The position numbers and the translations under genes were made by a program. A stretch of DNA of 64,000 nucleotides from Solirubrobacteraceae bacterium (GTDB taxonomy: Bacteria; Actinomycetota; Thermoleophilia; Solirubrobacterales; Solirubrobacteraceae). Shown in pieces: positions 19,406-29,718 of the stretch; the stretch's first letter is position 1; every line of letters begins with the position of its first letter. The DNA lies in NCBI GenBank assembly GCA_035499395.1, contig DATJYY010000158.1, forward strand, positions 4,222 to 68,221, given 5' to 3'. The notes under the pieces are model-generated. The model saw only the letters and a program-made list of their open reading frames with translations, did not search any database and was not told the DNA's origin.

Positions 19406-20668
19406 TTGGCCGGGCGAGAGGAGCTGCTGGCGGCGGTCGCGGCCGAACAATCCGCGATCGAGGAGCTGCTGATCGATCTCGTGCAGGCGCCGACGCTGCT
19501 CGGTTCCGAGCGCGCCGGCCAAGAGATCATGCGCGGGGCGTTCGCGGAGCTGGGTCTCCAACCGCGAGAGGTTCCGCTGGACGCCGAGGCGCTTCGCGAG
19601 CATCCCGGCGCGTCGCCGTTCAGCTGGGACGTCGACGCCAAATTCAACGTCGTCGCGGAATGGGGCCCTCCGAAGTCGAATGGCGGCCGGTCGCTGATCC
19701 TGAACGGTCACATCGACGTGGTCGACCCCGGACGGGCTGACATGTGGTCGTCGCCACCGTTCGTCGCGCGTCGCGACGGCGACTGGCTTTACGGTCGCGG
19801 CGCCGGCGACATGAAGGCCGGGCTGGCCGCGATCGTGGGCGCCGTGCGCGGGCTGCGGCGCCTCGGACTCGAGCCGCTCGCCCCGGTCGAGCTGCAGTCG
19901 GTGGTCGAGGAGGAGTGCACGGGCAACGGCGCTTATCAGTGCGTGCTGTCCGGCCGTCCCGCCGACGCGGTGATCGTCACCGAACCGACGAGCCTGACGA
20001 TCCAGACCTCTCAGGTCGGCGTCCTGTGGTTTCAGGTCGTGGTGCGGGGCCGGCCCGCCCACGCAGGCGACGCGCCGATCGGGCTGAACGCGATCGAGGC
20101 GAGCTTCGCGGTGATCGCGGCGCTGCGCTCGCTGGAGGTCGAACTGAACATAAACCCGCCCGCGCCGTTTGACGTGTACGACCATCCGATCAACCTGAAC
20201 ATCGGGATGATCCGCGGCGGCGACTGGCCCTCGACCGTCGCCGCCGAGTGCGTCCTGCATTGCCGGCTCGCGCTGTTCCCTGGCGCCGGCGTCGACGAGC
20301 TGAAGGCCCGTGTCGAGGCGGCGGTCGCCGCGGGCGCGGCGGCCATGCCTGGCGGGTTCGAGGCACGGGTCGTCTACGACGGGTTCGCGTGCGAGGGCTA
20401 CAACCTCGACCACGAGTCGCCGCTGGTGTCCACGCTCGGCGACGCGTCCGAGCAGGCGGCCGGCGCACGCCCCGCGCTGATTGCCTCGACCGCGACCACC
20501 GACGCGCGCTCGTTCGCTCTCTACGCGGGAACGCCGGCGGTCTGCTTCGGGCCGCATGCCGAGTCGATTCACGGGGCCGACGAGCGCGTGTCGTTGCCGT
20601 CGGTCCTGCAGACGGCGCAGACACTCGCGCTGTTCATCGACGGCTGGTGCGGCCTCGAGCGCGGATGA
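19406..20668 (+). CDS. ArgE/DapE-family (M20) deacylase
   Basis: LNGHIDVV, GRGAGDMKAG, VEEECTGNG, ATTDAR, IHGADE. Confidence 0.9.
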   Translation: MAGREELLAAVAAEQSAIEELLIDLVQAPTLLGSERAGQEIMRGAFAELGLQPREVPLDAEALREHPGASPFSWDVDAKFNVVAEWGPPKSNGGRSLILNGHIDVVDPGRADMWSSPPFVARRDGDWLYGRGAGDMKAGLAAIVGAVRGLRRLGLEPLAPVELQSVVEEECTGNGAYQCVLSGRPADAVIVTEPTSLTIQTSQVGVLWFQVVVRGRPAHAGDAPIGLNAIEASFAVIAALRSLEVELNINPPAPFDVYDHPINLNIGMIRGGDWPSTVAAECVLHCRLALFPGAGVDELKARVEAAVAAGAAAMPGGFEARVVYDGFACEGYNLDHESPLVSTLGDASEQAAGARPALIASTATTDARSFALYAGTPAVCFGPHAESIHGADERVSLPSVLQTAQTLALFIDGWCGLERG

Positions 20669-20696
20669 CGATCGGGCCGTGTGTAGCGTTGGGGCT

Positions 20697-21701
20697 GTGC
20701 CGACCTCCGAAGACCTCGAGTTCCCGCTGCTGCCGGCGCACACCGCGCCACCGGGCTTCCGGGTGGTCGACGAGCCGTGCCCCGGCGAGAACTGGCAGGC
20801 GGCGTTCGATGCGATGTGGCCCGCCTACCGGGCCTTCTGGCTGAAGGAGGGCGAGTCGGCGCGCCCGGATCTGAGCACGTGCACGGCGATGCTCCGGAAA
20901 TGGATGCCCGAGCTCGCACCGACGTTCGAGCGGCTTGTGGACCTCGCCGGCGGCGATCCGCTCGCCGCCCGCTTCCTGTCGATGTACAGGCCGCCCGGCT
21001 TCGTCGTCGGGTGCTCCCAGGCGGCGTTCGCCGGCGACGGGGGCCCGGTTCTGGTCCGCAACTACGACTACCCCGCGTCGCGCGTCGAGGGGATCGTGTA
21101 CCGCACGTCGTGGACCGGGCGCCGCGTGATCGGGATGAGCGATTGCCTGTGGGGGCTGCTCGACGGAGTCAACGATGCCGGTCTGGCGGCGTCGCTCACA
21201 TTCGGGGGACGGCCTGCGGTCGGAGACGGCTTCGGGATTCCGCTCGTGATCCGCTACCTGCTCGAGGTGTGCGAGGACGTTGAGACGGCCTGCGGCGTGC
21301 TCGCCAAAGTTCCGGTGCATGCGGTCCAGAACGTCACCCTGCTCGATCGCGGCGGCGACTTCGCCACCGTCCGCCTCGGTCCCGACCGCGATCCCGAGGT
21401 GCTGACGGTCCCCGTCGCCACCAACCACCAGCACCGCGGCGAGTGGCCCGAGTACGAGCGCGCGGTCGGCACGTTCGAGCGCGAACGGCGACTGCTCGAG
21501 CTGCTCAGAACCCCGGGGATGAGCGGCGACCGGTTGGTGCAGGCGTTCCTCGAGGAGCCGCTGCACCGGGACGGTTTGGCGAGCGGCTTCGGGACGCTTT
21601 ATACGGCCGTCTACTTCCCTGCGACCGGCAGAGCGGAATACCGTTGGCCCGACGGCGTGATGATGACCCAACGTTTCGAAGACGCAAAGGAGAGGCTATG
21701 A
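20697..21701 (+). CDS. C45-family autoproteolytic acyltransferase/hydrolase
   Basis: GCSQ (N-terminal Cys nucleophile after processing), [29 protein letters not shown]. Confidence 0.8.
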   Translation: MPTSEDLEFPLLPAHTAPPGFRVVDEPCPGENWQAAFDAMWPAYRAFWLKEGESARPDLSTCTAMLRKWMPELAPTFERLVDLAGGDPLAARFLSMYRPPGFVVGCSQAAFAGDGGPVLVRNYDYPASRVEGIVYRTSWTGRRVIGMSDCLWGLLDGVNDAGLAASLTFGGRPAVGDGFGIPLVIRYLLEVCEDVETACGVLAKVPVHAVQNVTLLDRGGDFATVRLGPDRDPEVLTVPVATNHQHRGEWPEYERAVGTFERERRLLELLRTPGMSGDRLVQAFLEEPLHRDGLASGFGTLYTAVYFPATGRAEYRWPDGVMMTQRFEDAKERL

Positions 21702-23122
21702 CCAAAGTTCTGACCAACTTCGTCGACGGTCAGACGGCGGCGCTCGACGGCAACGAGATGGACCTGGTCGACCCGGTCACCGAAGAGGTGTTCGCGAAGT
21801 CGGCCGTGTCCTCCGACCAGGAGATCGACGCGGCCTGCAAGGCGGCGGCGCGCGCGTTCGAGAGCTGGGGCCAGACGACCCCGGCCGAGCGCCAGCTCGC
21901 GCTGCTGAAGATCGCCGACGCGATCGAGGCCCGAGCGGAGGAGCTCGTCGCAGTGGAGAGCGAGAACACGGGCAAGCCGAAGGCGCTCGTCCTCTCCGAA
22001 GAGGTACCGCCGATGGTCGATCAGATCCGCTTCTTCGCCGGCGCCGCGCGCGTGCTCGAGGGAACCTCGGCCGGCGAGTACATGACGGGCTACACGTCGT
22101 TCATCCGGCGCGAGCCGATCGGCGTGTGCGCCGCGGTTACGCCCTGGAACTACCCGGCGATGATGGCCGTGTGGAAGTGGGCGCCGGCGCTCGCCGCCGG
22201 CAACACGATGGTGCTCAAACCGTCCGACACGACGCCCGCGAGCACCGTGTGGATGGCGGAGCTGATGGCCGAGTTCCTTCCCGCCGGCGTGTTCAACGTC
22301 GTCCTCGGTGACCGCGATACCGGTGCCGCTCTCGTGGCCCACAAGATCCCCCAGATGGTCTCGATCACGGGAAGCGTCCGTGCGGGAATGGCGGTCGCCG
22401 CCTCGGCCGCGACCGACGTCAAGCGCGTCCACCTCGAGCTCGGCGGCAAGGCGCCGGTCGTGATCTTCGACGACGCCGACCTCGCGAAAGCCGCGGAGGA
22501 GATCGCCGTCGCCGGCTATTTCAACGCCGGCCAGGACTGCACGGCGGCGACCCGCGTGCTCGTCTCCCCGCGCGTGCACGCCGACTTCGTCGACGGGCTC
22601 GTCGAGCAGGCGAAGGGCACGGCCACCGGCGCGCCCGACGAGGACGTGCTCTACGGCCCGCTGAACAACGCCAACCAGCTGAACCACGTCACCGGGATGG
22701 TCGAGCGGGCGCCCGACCACGCAAAGGTCCTCACCGGCGGCCATCGCGCTCGCGACAAGGGCTACTTCTTCGAGCCGACCGTGATCGACGGGCTCGAGGA
22801 GCAGGACGAGCTCTCGCAGACCGAGATCTTCGGACCGGTCATCACCGTGCAGCCGTTCAGCGACGAGGACGAGGCGGTCCGGTGGGCCAACGACGTCCAG
22901 TACGGGCTCGCCTCGAGCGTGTGGACCAAGGACCACGGCCGGGCGATGCGCGTCTCCAAGCGGCTCAACTTCGGCTGCGTGTGGATCAACACCCACATCC
23001 CGCTCGTCGCCGAGATGCCGCACGGCGGGTTCAAGCACTCGGGCTACGGCAAGGACCTGTCGCACTACGGCCTCGAGGACTACACGCGCATCAAGCACGT
23101 GATGAGCCACATCGAAGCGTGA
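21698..23122 (+). CDS. patD: Gamma-aminobutyraldehyde dehydrogenase (PatD/YdcW-like)
   Basis: [54 protein letters not shown]. Confidence 0.88.
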   Translation: MTKVLTNFVDGQTAALDGNEMDLVDPVTEEVFAKSAVSSDQEIDAACKAAARAFESWGQTTPAERQLALLKIADAIEARAEELVAVESENTGKPKALVLSEEVPPMVDQIRFFAGAARVLEGTSAGEYMTGYTSFIRREPIGVCAAVTPWNYPAMMAVWKWAPALAAGNTMVLKPSDTTPASTVWMAELMAEFLPAGVFNVVLGDRDTGAALVAHKIPQMVSITGSVRAGMAVAASAATDVKRVHLELGGKAPVVIFDDADLAKAAEEIAVAGYFNAGQDCTAATRVLVSPRVHADFVDGLVEQAKGTATGAPDEDVLYGPLNNANQLNHVTGMVERAPDHAKVLTGGHRARDKGYFFEPTVIDGLEEQDELSQTEIFGPVITVQPFSDEDEAVRWANDVQYGLASSVWTKDHGRAMRVSKRLNFGCVWINTHIPLVAEMPHGGFKHSGYGKDLSHYGLEDYTRIKHVMSHIEA

Positions 23123-23126
23123 GGTC

Positions 23127-24668
23127 ATGAGCAGTACCGATGAGGTGACTCACGTCGCGATCGGGTCGCATACCCCCGAACAGCCCGTCGCGCCGTACCT
23201 CGATGCGGTCGTCGAGTACGCGTTCCGGGGCGCCGCCCGCTACCACGTCCCGGGCCACAAGGGTGGCCCGGGGGCCGACCCGGGCGTGGTCAAGGCGATC
23301 GGGCCCGACGCGCTCGCCGCCGACGTGCCGCAGCTGATCCACGGGATCGACGTCGGCCCGTCGCCGACGCCGTACGAGCGCGCGGAGGCGATGGCCGCCG
23401 AGGCCTTCGGCGCCGCCCGCAGCTGGTTTCTCACCAACGGCGCGACACAGGGCAATCACGCGCTGTGCCTGGCGCTCGCTCCTTTGGGGGCGCGGGTCGT
23501 GGTCCAGCGCAACTCGCATTCCTCGGTCGTCGACGGACTCGTTCTGAGCGGCGGACTGCCGAGCTTCGTAGTTCCCGAGTACGACGAGGAGCTCGGGATC
23601 ACGCACTGCGTCACGCCCGATGGCATGGACGCCGCTTTACGGGCGACGCCGGATGCCCGGGCCGCGTGGGTGGTCTCCCCGACGTACTACGGGATGGCCG
23701 CCGACATCGCCGCGCTGGCGGAGGTGGCCCACGGTTTCGGGATGCCGCTCGTGGTCGACCAGGCGTGGGGGCCACACTTCGGCTTCCACGAGGCGCTCCC
23801 ACCGACGGCTCTCTCGCAGGGGGCCGACGCGATGCTGACCAGCACCCACAAGATCGCCGGCTCGCTCACCCAGAGCGCGATGCTGCACGTCGGGCTGAGC
23901 GGGCGGATCGACCCCGAGGCGATCGCGCGCGTGCTCAGGCTGCTGCGCACCACGAGCCCTTCCTCGCTGCTGCTCGCCTCGCTCGACGGGGCCCGCCGCC
24001 AACTCGCATTGCACGGCGAGCAGCTGTTGCACGAGGCGCTCGAGGCGATCGCGGTGGCGCGCGCGAAGCTCGAGACGATCGAGGGGATCCGCCTGGTCGA
24101 CGCCTCGCTTGTCGGCCGCTCCGGGATCGCGGGGTACGACCCGATGCGGATCGTCGTCGACGTGCGCGGGACGGGCTGCACCGGCTATGAGGTCGCGGAC
24201 GCATTGCGGCGCTCCTACGACGTCCAGGTCGAACTGCCGACGCAGGCCACGATCGTCCTGATTGTCGGCCTCGCCGACACCGCCAAGGCGCTCAGGCGGC
24301 TGGCCGGCGACATCGAGGAGACCGTCAAGCGGATCGCGAAGCCCGGCGAGACCTCCGCGATCGTCGGCTCGGCGAAGATGCTGCTCGGCGAGATGGTCGT
24401 CCCGCCGCGCGACGCGTTCCTCGGCGAGGCGGAGGTGGTCCCGGTCGCCGACGCGGTCGGTCGGATCTCGTGCGAGTCGATCGCGAGCTACCCGCCCGGC
24501 GTGCCCCAGCTTCTCCCGGGAGAGCGGATCACCGCCGAGATCGTCGCCCTTCTGACCGAGCTGGCCGCCACCGGAGCGCGGCTCCACGGTGCCAGCGACC
24601 CTCGTTTCCGCACGATCAACGTTCTCCGCGAGCCGCCGTCCGGAAGCGACTGCGATTTTCACGCATAG
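23127..24668 (+). CDS. PLP-dependent Orn/Lys/Arg decarboxylase
   Basis: HVPGHKGG, NGATQGN, QRNSHSS, STHKIAGSLTQS (PLP Lys), TTSPS, YPPGVP. Confidence 0.88.
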   Translation: MSSTDEVTHVAIGSHTPEQPVAPYLDAVVEYAFRGAARYHVPGHKGGPGADPGVVKAIGPDALAADVPQLIHGIDVGPSPTPYERAEAMAAEAFGAARSWFLTNGATQGNHALCLALAPLGARVVVQRNSHSSVVDGLVLSGGLPSFVVPEYDEELGITHCVTPDGMDAALRATPDARAAWVVSPTYYGMAADIAALAEVAHGFGMPLVVDQAWGPHFGFHEALPPTALSQGADAMLTSTHKIAGSLTQSAMLHVGLSGRIDPEAIARVLRLLRTTSPSSLLLASLDGARRQLALHGEQLLHEALEAIAVARAKLETIEGIRLVDASLVGRSGIAGYDPMRIVVDVRGTGCTGYEVADALRRSYDVQVELPTQATIVLIVGLADTAKALRRLAGDIEETVKRIAKPGETSAIVGSAKMLLGEMVVPPRDAFLGEAEVVPVADAVGRISCESIASYPPGVPQLLPGERITAEIVALLTELAATGARLHGASDPRFRTINVLREPPSGSDCDFHA

Positions 24669-24680
24669 TCAACGAAAAAC

Positions 24681-25649
24681 TCAGTCGCTTCCCTTGCGGA
24701 TCGCGATCCCAGTGAGGATCTCGCGCAAGACCCGTTCGCCGGCCAGCGCGGCTGGATCCGCAGACGCGACACCTGTCGGGATCACCTCGACGAGGTCGGC
24801 GCCGACCAGGTCGAGCTCGGCGGCCACCGTCCGCGCCGCCCACAGCAGCTCGACGGTCGTCATGCCGCCGGGCTCCGGCGTCCCGGTGCCGCCGGGGATG
24901 AACGCCGGGTCGAGCACGTCGATGTCCACGGTCAGAAATACCGGACCGGGGCCGGCCACGGAAATCGCCTGAGTGACAACTTCACGGATCCCTCGGTCGC
25001 GCACGTCGTGCATGAACAAGCTCGTGATCCCCTGCTCGGCCTGCCACGAGAACTCCGGCTCGCCCGGCCAGTAGCCCCGCAGCCCGATCTGCACGTACCG
25101 CCGCGGCTCGATTACGCCCTCGTCGACGATCGTCCGCATCACGGTCCCGTGGGAGAGGACCGCTCCGAACACCCCCTCGCCGGTGTCGGTATGGGTGTCG
25201 AAGTGCACCAACCCGAGCGGGCCGTGCTTCGCCGCCACGGCGCGGGCGTCAGGCGCGGTGATCGAGTGGTCGCCGCCGATGATCAGCGGCATCAGGCCGG
25301 CGTCGACTACCTCGCGAACGGTCTGCTCGATCGCGGCGTGGCTGACCAGCGGCTGGGCGGGAACGACGGCCGCGTCGCCGAAGTCGACGATCCGCAAGTC
25401 CGAGAACGCGTCGACCTGCGTCTCCAGATGCGGCCCCGGCGGGCAGCTCGCGGTACGGATCGCGCGCGGCGCGAACCGCGCTCCGGGCCGGTCGGATACG
25501 AGCTCGTCCATGGGGGCCCCGACGATCGCGACGTCGAACCCGGCGAGCTCGGCCGCGTCCTGCGTGCACGGGACGCCGCCGAACGTGAGCGGCCCCGCGT
25601 AGTCGGGTTTCTCGCCGTACTCGCGCCACCGTTGCATCGGGTCGAGCAT
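24681..25649 (-). CDS. speB: Agmatinase / ureohydrolase
   Basis: GGDHSIT, HFDTHTD, SHGT, DIDVLDPAF..GTGTPEPGG. Confidence 0.88.
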   Translation of the reverse strand: MLDPMQRWREYGEKPDYAGPLTFGGVPCTQDAAELAGFDVAIVGAPMDELVSDRPGARFAPRAIRTASCPPGPHLETQVDAFSDLRIVDFGDAAVVPAQPLVSHAAIEQTVREVVDAGLMPLIIGGDHSITAPDARAVAAKHGPLGLVHFDTHTDTGEGVFGAVLSHGTVMRTIVDEGVIEPRRYVQIGLRGYWPGEPEFSWQAEQGITSLFMHDVRDRGIREVVTQAISVAGPGPVFLTVDIDVLDPAFIPGGTGTPEPGGMTTVELLWAARTVAAELDLVGADLVEVIPTGVASADPAALAGERVLREILTGIAIRKGSD

Positions 25650-25682
25650 CGGGCGTAAACCTACACATAGGATTCGGCTCGC

Positions 25683-27572
25683 ATGAGCTCTCCTCATCCC
25701 CTCGACCCACTCACCGCCGACGAGATCCGCGCCGTCGCAACCCTCATCAGGGCCGAGCGCGGCGTCAACGACCGGTGGCGCTTCGCCTCGATCGACCTCA
25801 AGGAGCCGCCGAAACAGGCCATACGCGACGGCACCCGGAGTCCGGACCGCGAGGCCGAGATCGTGTGCTGGAACCGCGACGACGGCGGCGCATACAAGGG
25901 GCTCGTGTCGCTCACAGAGAAGCGAATACTCGGCTGGCACGAGCTGCGGCCCGGGGAGCACCCCCCGATGACGCCCGACGAGTTCCACGAGTGCAACGAC
26001 GCCCTCCGAACCGATCCGTGGGTCATCGAGGCGCTGAACAGGCGCGGCGTCACCGACCTGGACCTCGTCCTGTTCGACACGTGGGCGTACGGTGCGGAGC
26101 TCGTACCCGAGCGCTACCGCGGCCGGCGGATCGGCTGGGCAGACGTCTGGCACCGGAACTCGCCCGACGCGAACCCGTACGCGAACATGCTCAGCGGGCT
26201 GCATCCGGTGGTCGACCTCAACACGATGGAGCTGCTCGAGCTCGAGGACAGCGACCCGGGCGAACCGCCGCGGGTCATGGGCGAATACGCGCCGGACCTC
26301 GTGCCCGGGCAGAAACTCCGGGACGACCTCCAAGCCCTCGAGATCGCTCAGCCCGACGGACCCTCGTTCATTCTGAACGGGAACCAACTGAAATGGCAGA
26401 AGTGGTCGATGCGACTCGGGTTCAACTTCCGCGAGGGCCTCGTAATTCACACCCTCACGTACGACGACTCTGGAAGAACCCGCAAGGTCGCACACCGGCT
26501 GTCGTTCGCTGAGATGGTCGTGCCGTACCGCGACCCGACGCCCGACCACTACCGCCGCACCGCGTTCGACATCGGCGAGTGGGGGCTCGGGTTGATGACG
26601 ACCTCGCTTGAGCTTGGATGCGACTGCCTCGGCGAGATCTCCTACCTCGACGCGGTCCTTCACGACTCGCGCGGCGAGCCTTACGGCATCAAGAACGCGA
26701 TCTGCATCCACGAAGAGGACGACGGCGTCCTGTGGAAGCACGTCGACGAGAACACGGGCGCGGAGACTCGGCGGATGCGGCGGCTCGTGGTCTCGTTCCA
26801 CGCGACGGTGGCGAACTACGAGTACCTCGTGTACTGGCGCTTCTACCAGGACGGGAACATCCAGTGCGAGGTACGCGCCACCGGGATCATGGTGACGACA
26901 CCGTTCGGCGACGAACCGCCGCCGTACGGAACGGTGATCGACGAGCGCACGTACGCGCCGTTCCATCAGCACTTCATGGTCGCGCGGCTCGACCTCGACG
27001 TCGACGGCGAGGCCAACACCGTGTACGCCGCCGAGGCGGCGCCGCTGCCGACCGGCCCGGACAATCCTCACGGCCTTGCCCTGACCCAGAAGCTCACGCC
27101 ACTAACCACGGAGCGCGAGGGCATCCAGGACTACGACTGGCAGCGCCAGCGGTCCTGGGAGGTGCTGAACGACAACGTCGCCAACGGGCTCGGCACCCCG
27201 GTGGGCTACAAGCTCGAGGCGAGCGCGGCGATTCCGGCCCTTATCGACCCCGACTCGCCGGTCGTCCGCCGCGCGCACGCGATCGAGCACACGCTTTGGG
27301 TCACCCGCTACAGCCCCGACGAGCGCTGGCCATGCGGAGAGTTCCCGAACCTGAGCGCCGAGGACTCCGGCCTGCCCGTCTGGACCGCGCGCGACCGATC
27401 GATCGAGAACACCGACGTTGTGCTCTGGTACGTGTTCGGGATCAACCACGTGACGAGGCCCGAGGACTGGCCGGTGATGCCGGTCGACACGGTCTCGTTC
27501 TGGCTGAAGCCGGTCGGGTTCTTCGACCGGAACCCGGCCCTGGACGTCCCCCCCCACGGGCACCATGTTTGA
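25683..27572 (+). CDS. tynA: Copper-containing primary amine oxidase
   Basis: HPLDPLT, FDIGEWGLG, TVANYEY (TPQ consensus N-Y-E), HQH, RPEDWPVMP. Confidence 0.93.
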   Translation: MSSPHPLDPLTADEIRAVATLIRAERGVNDRWRFASIDLKEPPKQAIRDGTRSPDREAEIVCWNRDDGGAYKGLVSLTEKRILGWHELRPGEHPPMTPDEFHECNDALRTDPWVIEALNRRGVTDLDLVLFDTWAYGAELVPERYRGRRIGWADVWHRNSPDANPYANMLSGLHPVVDLNTMELLELEDSDPGEPPRVMGEYAPDLVPGQKLRDDLQALEIAQPDGPSFILNGNQLKWQKWSMRLGFNFREGLVIHTLTYDDSGRTRKVAHRLSFAEMVVPYRDPTPDHYRRTAFDIGEWGLGLMTTSLELGCDCLGEISYLDAVLHDSRGEPYGIKNAICIHEEDDGVLWKHVDENTGAETRRMRRLVVSFHATVANYEYLVYWRFYQDGNIQCEVRATGIMVTTPFGDEPPPYGTVIDERTYAPFHQHFMVARLDLDVDGEANTVYAAEAAPLPTGPDNPHGLALTQKLTPLTTEREGIQDYDWQRQRSWEVLNDNVANGLGTPVGYKLEASAAIPALIDPDSPVVRRAHAIEHTLWVTRYSPDERWPCGEFPNLSAEDSGLPVWTARDRSIENTDVVLWYVFGINHVTRPEDWPVMPVDTVSFWLKPVGFFDRNPALDVPPHGHHV

Positions 27573-28296
27573 CCACGTCACGATCCGGGCCACCGACCGG
27601 GCGGCATCCGAGGACTTCTACAACGCGGTGCTCCGAACGCTCGGGATCGACGAGAGCTACCGCACGAACCTCTTCTCGGAGTGGGAGGACTTCACGCTGG
27701 CGGCGGCGAGCGCCCAGAATCCGCCCACACGGCGGCTCCACGTGGGGTTCGTCGCCCCGTCGCGCGATCAGGTCGACCGGTTCTGGCGAGTCGGCACCGA
27801 GGCCGGATACCGCGACGACGGCCCGCCGGGGCCGCGCCCCGAGTACAGCGAGGACCACTACGGCGCGTTCCTGCTCGATCCGGACGGCAACAGCGCAGAA
27901 GCCGTCCACGACTCGAGGCCGAACCGCCGCGGGCGCATCGACCATCTCTGGATCCGCGTCGCCGACGTCGCCAGAGCAAGGGCGTTCTACGAGACGATCG
28001 CGTCCTACGCGGGACTGCGCCTGGGCGGCGACACGCCAGATCGCGTCCAGTTCCGACTCGCCGACGGGGGTTCGTTCTCGCTCGTCCCAGGCCCGCCGAC
28101 GGAGCACCTCCACATGGCGTTTCCAAGCCACGAAAACCAGGTCGTAGATCGGTTCCACGAGGCCGCCACGGCCGCGGGCTACGCCAGCAACGGCGGCCCC
28201 GGCGAGCGGCCCCGCTACCACCCGGGCTACTACGCCGCGTTCGTGTTCGACCCCGACGGCAACAACATCGAGGTCGTGAATCACAACCGGGGTTAG
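27565..28296 (+). CDS. Tandem VOC/glyoxalase-domain protein
   Basis: Two copies of DH...FY...H.AF...GPRP.Y...Y.AF..DPDGN. Confidence 0.85.
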   Translation: MFDHVTIRATDRAASEDFYNAVLRTLGIDESYRTNLFSEWEDFTLAAASAQNPPTRRLHVGFVAPSRDQVDRFWRVGTEAGYRDDGPPGPRPEYSEDHYGAFLLDPDGNSAEAVHDSRPNRRGRIDHLWIRVADVARARAFYETIASYAGLRLGGDTPDRVQFRLADGGSFSLVPGPPTEHLHMAFPSHENQVVDRFHEAATAAGYASNGGPGERPRYHPGYYAAFVFDPDGNNIEVVNHNRG

Positions 28297-28306
28297 GATT
28301 GATGGC

Positions 28307-28561
28307 ATGAGCGACGAAAGCATCACCACGCGCATCGAGAGCCTGGTCGCCGAAGAGCGCGCGCTCCGGACCCGCGAACAGTCGGACGTGGCCGACGACG
28401 ACGCGCTCGAAGCCGACCAGGAGAGGCTGCGCGACGTCGAGATCGAACTCGACCGCTGCTGGGACCTTCTACGCCAGCGCCGCGCGCTGCGCGACGCCGG
28501 CGCCGACCCCGATCAGGCGCACGTCCGGGACGCCGATACCGTCGAGCGATACTGGCAGTAG
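28307..28561 (+). CDS. DUF2630-family protein
   Basis: LDRCWDLLRQRRA...VERYWQ signature. Confidence 0.85.
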   Translation: MSDESITTRIESLVAEERALRTREQSDVADDDALEADQERLRDVEIELDRCWDLLRQRRALRDAGADPDQAHVRDADTVERYWQ

Positions 28562-28669
28562 CTCAGCGGTCTGACGCTCGCGTCCGGAGCGCCACAACAT
28601 TCCACCCCAACGGCCTTGACGACTTTGTCATGGTGGGGTGCGCGAGAACACGAGATGAAGCGAGGGACC

Positions 28670-29596
28670 ATGGAGCTTGACGGGATTCACCACATCACGT
28701 GCATCACAGCGGACGCGCCCGGCAATGTCGATTTCTACGCGCGCGTCCTGGGGCTGCGGCTGGTCAAGAAGACCGTCAACTTCGATGCCCCGGACGTGTA
28801 CCACCTGTATTACGGCGACGAGACGGGGGCGCCGGGCTCGATCCTGACGTTCTTCGAGTTCCCCGACGCGGCGCCCGGCCGCCCCGGCGCCGGCATGATC
28901 CACCGGCTGATTTGGAGCGTTGGCTCCGACGACGCGCTCACGTTCTGGTCCGATCGGCTCGCGTCCGAGGGCATCGATGTCGCGCATGACCCGATCGGCC
29001 GCGCGATCACGTTCGCGGATCCCGAGGGACTCATGCTCGAGTTTGCCGCGGTCGACTCCGGTGACGAGCCGCTGCGAGCCCGCGCTGAGGACATCCCGCC
29101 CGAGCACGCGCTGCTCGGATTCGAAGGCGTGCGCGCGTACGACCGCGTCGCCGACGCCGAGGACCGGCTGCTGACCGAGGGAATGGGTTTCGAGCGCACG
29201 GCGCCCGGTGCGTATGTCCTCCGGGGCCGCCGACGCGCGACCTACACGTACGACGATCCACCGCCGGCGAGCGGGTTCCAGGGCGCGGGCACCGTGCATC
29301 ACATCGCCTGGTGCGATCGCGACGACGAGCACGCGGAGTGGCGCGGACGCGTCGCCAGGTACGGCGAGCACCCGACGCCGGTGATCGACCGCCAGTACTT
29401 CCTCAGCATCTATTTCCGGGTGCCGAGCGGCGTGCTGTTCGAGCTCGCCACCCCCAGCCCCGGTTTCGCGATCGACGAGGATCCCGCCCATCTCGGCGAG
29501 GCGCTGCGGCTGCCGCCCCAGCATGAGCACCTGAGAGAACAGCTCGAGCACACGCTCACACCGCTGATCAACCCCCGGGCGAAGGCAGCGCGATGA
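28670..29596 (+). CDS. VOC-family ring-cleaving dioxygenase (MhqO-like)
   Basis: GIHHIT, VKKTVNFDAP..YHLYYGD, GTVHHIAW, DRQYFLSIYFR, LGEALRLPP. Confidence 0.9.
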   Translation: MELDGIHHITCITADAPGNVDFYARVLGLRLVKKTVNFDAPDVYHLYYGDETGAPGSILTFFEFPDAAPGRPGAGMIHRLIWSVGSDDALTFWSDRLASEGIDVAHDPIGRAITFADPEGLMLEFAAVDSGDEPLRARAEDIPPEHALLGFEGVRAYDRVADAEDRLLTEGMGFERTAPGAYVLRGRRRATYTYDDPPPASGFQGAGTVHHIAWCDRDDEHAEWRGRVARYGEHPTPVIDRQYFLSIYFRVPSGVLFELATPSPGFAIDEDPAHLGEALRLPPQHEHLREQLEHTLTPLINPRAKAAR

Positions 29597-29718
29597 CCAC
29601 CACGATCTGCGCGCATCTCGACGAGATCGTCGTGCCGCGGCCCGACGAAGTCGCCGGCTGCGAGGACTGGTCGTACTGCTACGTCGACGAGGCGATGTTC
29701 GTCGTGCAGCAAGCGTGA
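29593..29718 (+). pseudogene. UBP-type zinc-finger gene with internal deletion (41 aa)
   Basis: MTTTICAHLDEIVVPRPDEVAGCEDWSYCYVDEAMFVVQQA keeps the N-terminal CxHL...GCED and C-terminal W..CYVDE but lacks the central core. Start and stop overlap both neighbours. Confidence 0.7.

Noticed and set aside
17765-20743. 992-aa minus-strand ORF and other long antisense ORFs (such as the 5' part of 24681-27071 and 21611-23128)
   Set aside because: Shadow frames opposite well-supported genes, as expected in high-GC DNA; no motifs
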